Shown one piece after another: positions 27,680 to 32,696 of a DNA stretch of 32,696 nt (position 1 is its first letter; the number at the start of each line of letters is the position of its first letter). This DNA is from Eubacteriales bacterium (lineage in GTDB: Bacteria > Bacillota > Clostridia > Oscillospirales > CAG-272): the NCBI GenBank assembly GCA_045643765.1, contig JAZRFS010000153.1:1-32696 (forward strand), written 5' to 3'. A program made the position numbers and the translations under genes. Under the pieces are notes generated by a model. That model saw only the letters and a program-made list of their open reading frames with translations, ran no database searches and was not told the origin of the DNA.

Positions 27680-28432
27680 GTGACGTCGACCATCACAGCC
27701 ACACGCATTGGCGCTGAGGATGCCATAGGAAAAACGGGTTGTTACGCCCTGTTGTACGTGGAACGTGGAGAAGCAGCTCTGCACGTGGGCGATGTGAGCT
27801 TTTCCGCAGAAAAGGGGAGTGTTTGCCTGTTTGCCCCGAACGATGCGCCCCGCTTGCGGGGAGAAGCGGATTTTGAGGCGGTGCTTGTCCGGATACCCTC
27901 GGCGCTTGCCGCCGTCCCCGTGCTTTCGCCCTTGTTCGCCCACTTTGGCAGCGGCGTGCGCATAGAACGGCTTGACAAGGAAAAAACAGCGTTTTTTGAT
28001 ACCGTTTTGGGGGATATTTTGCAAATTCGCGCCGAAGCGCCCTTTGCCGTGCAGCGGATGCTTGCCCGCACGGTGGATCTTTTGACGGCACTTCCGGCGC
28101 CACACGCCCCCGCCACCGAGAGTGCGCGAGGGAAAATCACGGCGGCGGTGCTTGCCTATATTGAGGAAAACATTTCCCGCGCGATCTCGCTGGATGACAT
28201 CGCAGCGGCGCTCTTTATCAGCAAGTATCATATGAGCCACGTGTTCAAGGCGGAAAACGGCATCTCGGTGGGCGAGGCGGTGCTGCGCCGCAAGGTCGCA
28301 CACGCCGAAAGCTTGCTTGCTTCGGGGCTGCCCGCACACCGCGTGTGCGAAATGGTGGGATTTCATCATTACTCCGCGTTTTTCCGCATCTTCAAGCGCA
28401 TCGCGGGACACGCCCCGACAGGGACGCGTTAG
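27680..28432 (+). CDS. AraC-family transcriptional regulator (cupin-like N-domain plus HTH)
   Basis: YIEENISRAISLDDIAAALFISKYHMSHVFK...VGFHHYSAFFRIFKRIAGHAP; start moved to GTG 27680, downstream of the promoter and the AGGGGGTG RBS. Confidence 0.9.
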   Translation: MTSTITATRIGAEDAIGKTGCYALLYVERGEAALHVGDVSFSAEKGSVCLFAPNDAPRLRGEADFEAVLVRIPSALAAVPVLSPLFAHFGSGVRIERLDKEKTAFFDTVLGDILQIRAEAPFAVQRMLARTVDLLTALPAPHAPATESARGKITAAVLAYIEENISRAISLDDIAAALFISKYHMSHVFKAENGISVGEAVLRRKVAHAESLLASGLPAHRVCEMVGFHHYSAFFRIFKRIAGHAPTGTR

Positions 28433-28681
28433 GGGGGCGCGTGCAGGGGAACTTTTTGGTAAAAGTTCCCCCTATGACCCCCTCCGCGATTGCCGCAAAG
28501 CGGCACATCGGCGTGCTCGCCGCAGGGCGAGGACAGAAAACCTTTCACACAAAAAGGGTTTTCCGCAGCCGCATTCGCGACAAATAACACAACAGCGCAC
28601 TTGCTTAAAAATTATCGCATTAAAATTGTTCGAAAAGTTTTGAAAAGGGCATGGGGAAAACTTTCCTAAAAGTTTTCCCCA
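28421..28681. repeat. Family A doublet in flipped orientation with nested family C insert
   Basis: GGGACGCGTTAG end overlapping the AraC stop; hairpins 28446-28471 and 28652-28681; insert 28487-28536; core AGCCGCATT 28567-28575 on the plus strand. Confidence 0.88.
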
Positions 28682-28704
28682 CATACCCCCGAAAGGAGAA
28701 AATT

Positions 28705-30609
28705 ATGGACAGATGGTATTGGGTAGAATTGATCGGGTTTGACAACACGTCCCCCGATTTTGGTGTTTCCGCGTATCTCTCGCGCAATCAAAGCACCACG
28801 GGCGTGTCGCTTTTGTTCGCGCACATTGATTTTCTGTTCGCCGAGGAAAACGAGGTGCTGGCACCCACCGCCTGCTCCTACGGTGGGCACGAATACAACC
28901 GCGAGCGCCGCCGTCAGGATTGGACGAAAACGCAGCTCAAGGGGCTTGTCAAGGAGCTGCAATCGCACGGTGTGAAGGTCTTTTTCTCCTGCTTTGATAT
29001 GACGGACACGGTCACCGATCCCGCGTGGCTGTGCTACGGGCACAAGGGCAAGCCCAGCCGCCTTGTGTACGTGCTCAAAAAGCTGGAAAACGGCACGGTG
29101 GGTGACGTGGTGATTGAAAAATTGCGCACCGTGATCGACACCTACGGCTTTGACGGGCTGCAGCTGGGTGACGGGCTTTCCTCGAACCGCCTTTCCATCG
29201 AAAACGGCGATTTTTCCGTACCGTTTTGCCGCCAATCGGGTATTTCCGTGCCAGAAAAGCTGATGGGAGAGGACACGGAAAGCTATGCCGCGCGCCGCGC
29301 GTGGATCCTGAAAAACAAGCGCTATGAATGGATCCGCTTCCTTGCCGACGCGTGGGCTGATTTTTATGGGAAGCTGTTTGACAGGGTGAAAAAACCCATC
29401 ATGTTCAATATCGCGTGGACGCGCGGACCCTTCGAGGCGCTCTACCGCTACGGTCTCGATTACGGGCGCTGCCAGCTGGATCGCGCCTTCGCCGCGATGA
29501 TCGAGGAGAACTCTGCCACGCGCGCCATCACCGCCCCCGAGGACGAGGGCGCTGTGGAATTCTCGCTTGCCCACCGCGACACCTTCCCCTACGAGTACAC
29601 GCTGATGCAGCAGCAAATTAAGCTGCACACGGGTGGACTTTCGCAGATCTCGCTGATGCCGATCAGCGACACGCAGGAGCAATGGGACGCGCTGCGCCAC
29701 TGCCCCACTGAGCTGACGCGCGCCATCGTGCGCCGCTACAACAATTTCGTGTGGAAGGACGAAAAATTCATCCCCTGCTGTGACGCGCCGCACTACTGCC
29801 TTTCCGACGGCATTCCTGCCGAGGACTGGCGCTGGCTTGCCAAGCAGGAAAGCTACCGTCTGCCCCCTGTTGATTTCGCTGAGGGCTTTGCGGGCGTGTA
29901 TAACCCCGATGCGCTCTGGCGCGACGTGGCACAATTCTGCCGCAAAAAGCATTATTTCGGCGCGGCATTACAGCAGGAGCTGATCTGCGCGGGATTGCAC
30001 GTGGGCGCACAGGTGGCGCTTGCGGACGCGCCCTTGTTTGACCGCGCGAAATGCTTGCTTGTAACCGATCTTGACACCTACACCGCAGAGCAGAAGACAG
30101 CGCTTGCCAAAGCCAAGCTCCCCATTCTCGTTGTGGGCGAGGACGTGGAGCTTCCCATCGAAAACTCCACCCGTTATGCGGGTAAATATCTTTCCGTGGC
30201 GCTTTATAACGCACCCGTCGCGCCGGATCTTGCATCGCTTGCCGCGCTTGAGCGTATGATCCGCAAACAGCCGTTACAGCAGGGCGAGATCTGGACAGAG
30301 CCGCTTTCCCACCGCCGCGTAAGCACAGAGTTCTTCAAGGCGCTTGCCGAAATGCTCAACGTGGCGTTCAACCTTGACCGCGCCGCCTCCGACGTGAAGG
30401 TAGCCAGCTACCGTTGCGGCGGAGAAAAGTACGTGATGCTTTCCAACGACCGCCACACCTACTATCTACCCACCGTCACCACCGCCGCCCCCGTGAAGGG
30501 TGCCACCGCGCTGATGAAGGACAAGGGCTACACGGTCAGATGCAAGGAAAATACCTTTACCGTCCGTATCCCCCCGCGCTGCGTGGAGATCGTGAAGGTT
30601 GAGGAGTAA
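28705..30609 (+). CDS. Uncharacterised glycoside-hydrolase-like (putative TIM-barrel) protein (634 aa)
   Basis: ATG 28705 with AAAGGAG RBS; LKGLVKELQSHGVKVFF and YGFDGLQLGDG resemble (beta/alpha)8 GH segments; paralog of 1..1595. Confidence 0.75.
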   Translation: MDRWYWVELIGFDNTSPDFGVSAYLSRNQSTTGVSLLFAHIDFLFAEENEVLAPTACSYGGHEYNRERRRQDWTKTQLKGLVKELQSHGVKVFFSCFDMTDTVTDPAWLCYGHKGKPSRLVYVLKKLENGTVGDVVIEKLRTVIDTYGFDGLQLGDGLSSNRLSIENGDFSVPFCRQSGISVPEKLMGEDTESYAARRAWILKNKRYEWIRFLADAWADFYGKLFDRVKKPIMFNIAWTRGPFEALYRYGLDYGRCQLDRAFAAMIEENSATRAITAPEDEGAVEFSLAHRDTFPYEYTLMQQQIKLHTGGLSQISLMPISDTQEQWDALRHCPTELTRAIVRRYNNFVWKDEKFIPCCDAPHYCLSDGIPAEDWRWLAKQESYRLPPVDFAEGFAGVYNPDALWRDVAQFCRKKHYFGAALQQELICAGLHVGAQVALADAPLFDRAKCLLVTDLDTYTAEQKTALAKAKLPILVVGEDVELPIENSTRYAGKYLSVALYNAPVAPDLASLAALERMIRKQPLQQGEIWTEPLSHRRVSTEFFKALAEMLNVAFNLDRAASDVKVASYRCGGEKYVMLSNDRHTYYLPTVTTAAPVKGATALMKDKGYTVRCKENTFTVRIPPRCVEIVKVEE

Positions 30610-30614
30610 AAGAC

Positions 30615-30834
30615 GTGGGGGATGCCTTTTGATAAAGGCATCCCCCACACCCCCTTTCAAAACCTTTTATGAAAAGGTTTTTGTGTAGCCGCGTTGTTTG
30701 CAATTTCTATCAAATAAAACAAAAAGGATACGCTACCATTCCGGCGGCGTATCCTTATTTTTATTCGAAGGATTTTTGAGGGGTTGTAGGGGACCTTTTT
30801 GCAAAAAGTTCCCCTAAGCGCTTCCCACGCGTCC
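30615..30834. repeat. Family A doublet between convergent genes
   Basis: Hairpins 30615-30648 (15 bp) and 30787-30816; palindrome AAAACCTTTT-ATG-AAAAGGTTTT 30659-30681; core AGCCGCGTTGTTTGC 30687-30701. Confidence 0.9.
30721..30762. terminator. Bidirectional intrinsic terminator
   Basis: AAGGATACGC (30724-30733) / GCGTATCCTT (30747-30756) stem flanked by an A-run and a T-run, between convergent genes. Confidence 0.7.
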
Positions 30835-32508
30835 TTAGAACAATCCCACGATCTTGCCCGTGTCGTCCACGTCGATGTTGAACGCGGCGGGAGCCTTGGG
30901 AAGGCCGGGCATCGTCATGATGTCACCCGTCAGCGCGACCACGAAGCCCGCACCTGCGGCAACCTTGACGTTGCGCACGGTGACGGTAAAGCCCTCGGGT
31001 GCGCCCGCCTTGGTGGCGTCGTCAGAGAAGCTGTACTGCGTCTTTGCCATACAAACGGGGAGCTTGTCAAAGCCAAGCGCCACGAGGGTGGCGAGCTGCT
31101 TCTTCGCCTGAGGTGCAAAAGTTACACCGTTACCGCGGTAAATGCGCTTCACGATGGCTTCGACCTTCTGCTCGATGCCAAGATCCAGGTCATAGGAGAA
31201 CTCAAATTCGTTCGGCTGCTCGCACAGACGCATCACCTCTTCGGCAAGCGCCATACCGCCCTTGCCGCCCTCTGCCCAAACGGTGGAAAGCACCACGTTT
31301 ACGCCGAGCGCACGGCACTTTTCAATGACGAGGTTGATCTCGGCATCTGTGTCGGTGGGGAAGCGGTTGACAGCGACCACAGCGGGAAGCTTGTATACGT
31401 CCTTGATGTTGGAAAGGTGACGAAGGAGGTTGGGCAGACCTGCTTCCAGGGCCTCGAGGTTCTCCTCGCCAAGCGCGGTCTTGGGGAGCCCCCCGTGCAT
31501 CTTCAGCGCGCGCACGGTGGCAACCAGTACCACGGCAGAGGGCACAAGACCTGCGGCGCGGCACTTGATGTCAAGGAATTTCTCAGCACCGAGATCGGCA
31601 CCAAATCCTGCCTCGGTGATGGCGTAATCGGCAAGCTTCATTGCCATCTTGGTGGCGATGACCGAGTTACAGCCGTGTGCGATGTTCGCGAAAGGACCGC
31701 CGTGCACGAATGCGGGGGTGCCCTCGAGGGTTTGTACCAGGTTGGGCTTGAGCGCGTCCTTGAGGAGTGCGGCAACGGCACCCGTTGCGCCGATGTCACC
31801 GATGGTGACGGGGGCTTCGGCGTAAGTATATGCCACAACGGTGCGAGCAAGACGCTCCTTGAGGTCCTTCATCGAGCTCGCCAGGCAGAAGATCGCCATG
31901 ATCTCAGATGCCACGGTGATGTCAAAGCCATCCTCGCGCGGCACGCCGTTCACACGGCCGCCAAGGCCGTCGGTGACGAAGCGGAGCTGACGGTCGTTCA
32001 TATCCACGCAACGCTTCCAGGTGATGCGGCGGGGATCAATGTTGAGGGCGTTGCCCTGATAGATGTGGTTATCCAGCATCGCGGCGACAAGGTTGTTGGC
32101 AGCGCCGATGGCGTGGAAGTCACCCGTGAAGTGCAGGTTGATGTCCTCCATGGGCACGACCTGCGCGTAGCCGCCGCCTGCGGCGCCGCCCTTGATGCCG
32201 AATACCGGTCCCAAGGAGGGCTCGCGCAGTGCGACCGCCACGGATTTGCCCAAGCGGGCAAATCCGTCGGCAAGGCCGATGGTGGTGGTGGTCTTACCCT
32301 CGCCCGCGGGGGTGGGGGTGATCGCGGTGACCAAAATCAATTTACCCGGCTCACGGGTGGAGTTTTCCAGCAGATTGTAGTCAACCTTCGCCTTGTAATT
32401 ACCGTACTGCTCCAGGCTTTCGGCGGGGACGCCTGCCTTTGCGGCGATCTCGGTAATGGGGCGCATTTTCGCGTTTTGCGCGATCTCAATATCAGACAAA
32501 TATGCCAT
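30835..32508 (-). CDS. fhs: Formate--tetrahydrofolate ligase
   Basis: [65 protein letters not shown]. Confidence 0.98.
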   Translation of the reverse strand: MAYLSDIEIAQNAKMRPITEIAAKAGVPAESLEQYGNYKAKVDYNLLENSTREPGKLILVTAITPTPAGEGKTTTTIGLADGFARLGKSVAVALREPSLGPVFGIKGGAAGGGYAQVVPMEDINLHFTGDFHAIGAANNLVAAMLDNHIYQGNALNIDPRRITWKRCVDMNDRQLRFVTDGLGGRVNGVPREDGFDITVASEIMAIFCLASSMKDLKERLARTVVAYTYAEAPVTIGDIGATGAVAALLKDALKPNLVQTLEGTPAFVHGGPFANIAHGCNSVIATKMAMKLADYAITEAGFGADLGAEKFLDIKCRAAGLVPSAVVLVATVRALKMHGGLPKTALGEENLEALEAGLPNLLRHLSNIKDVYKLPAVVAVNRFPTDTDAEINLVIEKCRALGVNVVLSTVWAEGGKGGMALAEEVMRLCEQPNEFEFSYDLDLGIEQKVEAIVKRIYRGNGVTFAPQAKKQLATLVALGFDKLPVCMAKTQYSFSDDATKAGAPEGFTVTVRNVKVAAGAGFVVALTGDIMTMPGLPKAPAAFNIDVDDTGKIVGLF

Positions 32509-32523
32509 AACGGTATGCCTTTC

Positions 32524-32696
32524 TTACTTGAAGTACTTGACGGCGGAGCGGAACAGACCCATATCGTACTCACCGATGACGTTGCGGTACAGATCCTTGC
32601 CCACACGCTCGCTGTGGCCCATCTTACCAAGGACACGGCCGTCGGGGGAGATGATACCCTCGATCGCGGCGATAGAGCCGTTGGGGTTGAAGGCGG
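32524..32696 (-). CDS. purL: Phosphoribosylformylglycinamidine synthase, C-terminal fragment (glutaminase domain)
   Basis: Hand translation AFNPNGSIAAIEGIISPDGRVLGKMGHSERVGKDLYRNVIGEYDMGLFRSAVKYFK*; NPNGS and GKMGHSER motifs; 5' end outside the window. Confidence 0.9.
   Translation of the reverse strand, partial: AFNPNGSIAAIEGIISPDGRVLGKMGHSERVGKDLYRNVIGEYDMGLFRSAVKYFK

Noticed and set aside
3610-28704. Extended N-termini in the ORF track (starts 3702, 5901, 8088, 16879, 25437, 27590, 28651)
   Set aside because: They begin in or cross repeats or promoters; paralog N-termini and RBS positions support the downstream starts.
27542-29952. Minus-strand ORFs 27542..28411 and 28666..29952
   Set aside because: Antisense shadows of the AraC gene and the 28705 gene.
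3632-30834. CRISPR array interpretation of the recurring palindromes
   Set aside because: Copies are separated by whole genes or variable 90-180 nt spacers, vary in sequence, and no cas genes are present.

Overview
GC-rich bacterial DNA, probably Clostridia/Bacillota (sigA-type promoters, AGGAG ribosome-binding sites, clostridial-type purL C-terminus next to fhs). Positions 1-25053 are one minus-strand run of paralog arrays: five neutral/alkaline ceramidase-like amidohydrolases (with an AT-rich DUF559 endonuclease between the two most similar copies), seven DUF4838 glycoside-hydrolase-like genes, and a truncated TIM-barrel-like gene missing from the ORF track (1-1595). A near-consensus promoter at 25169-25197 heads the run. 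To its right are a phosphotriesterase-family gene and an atypical M24-family gene, a divergent AraC regulator, a paralog of the truncated gene (28705-30609), fhs and the purL 3' end. The most unusual signal is non-coding: nearly every intergenic region holds modular palindromic repeats. Family A has 17 co-varying GGGG..TTT/AAA..CCCC hairpins, usually in inverted doublets starting at the upstream stop codon. Family B has ACTAC..GTAGT-bounded doublets, one beside the DUF559 gene. Family C is a ~50-nt double hairpin inserted after CCG inside A and B copies. A non-palindromic AGCCGCRTTG motif follows transcription direction. In four DUF4838 genes a family A hairpin lies between the SD-like sequence and the ATG. 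All family and function calls come from motif recognition by eye; no searches were run.
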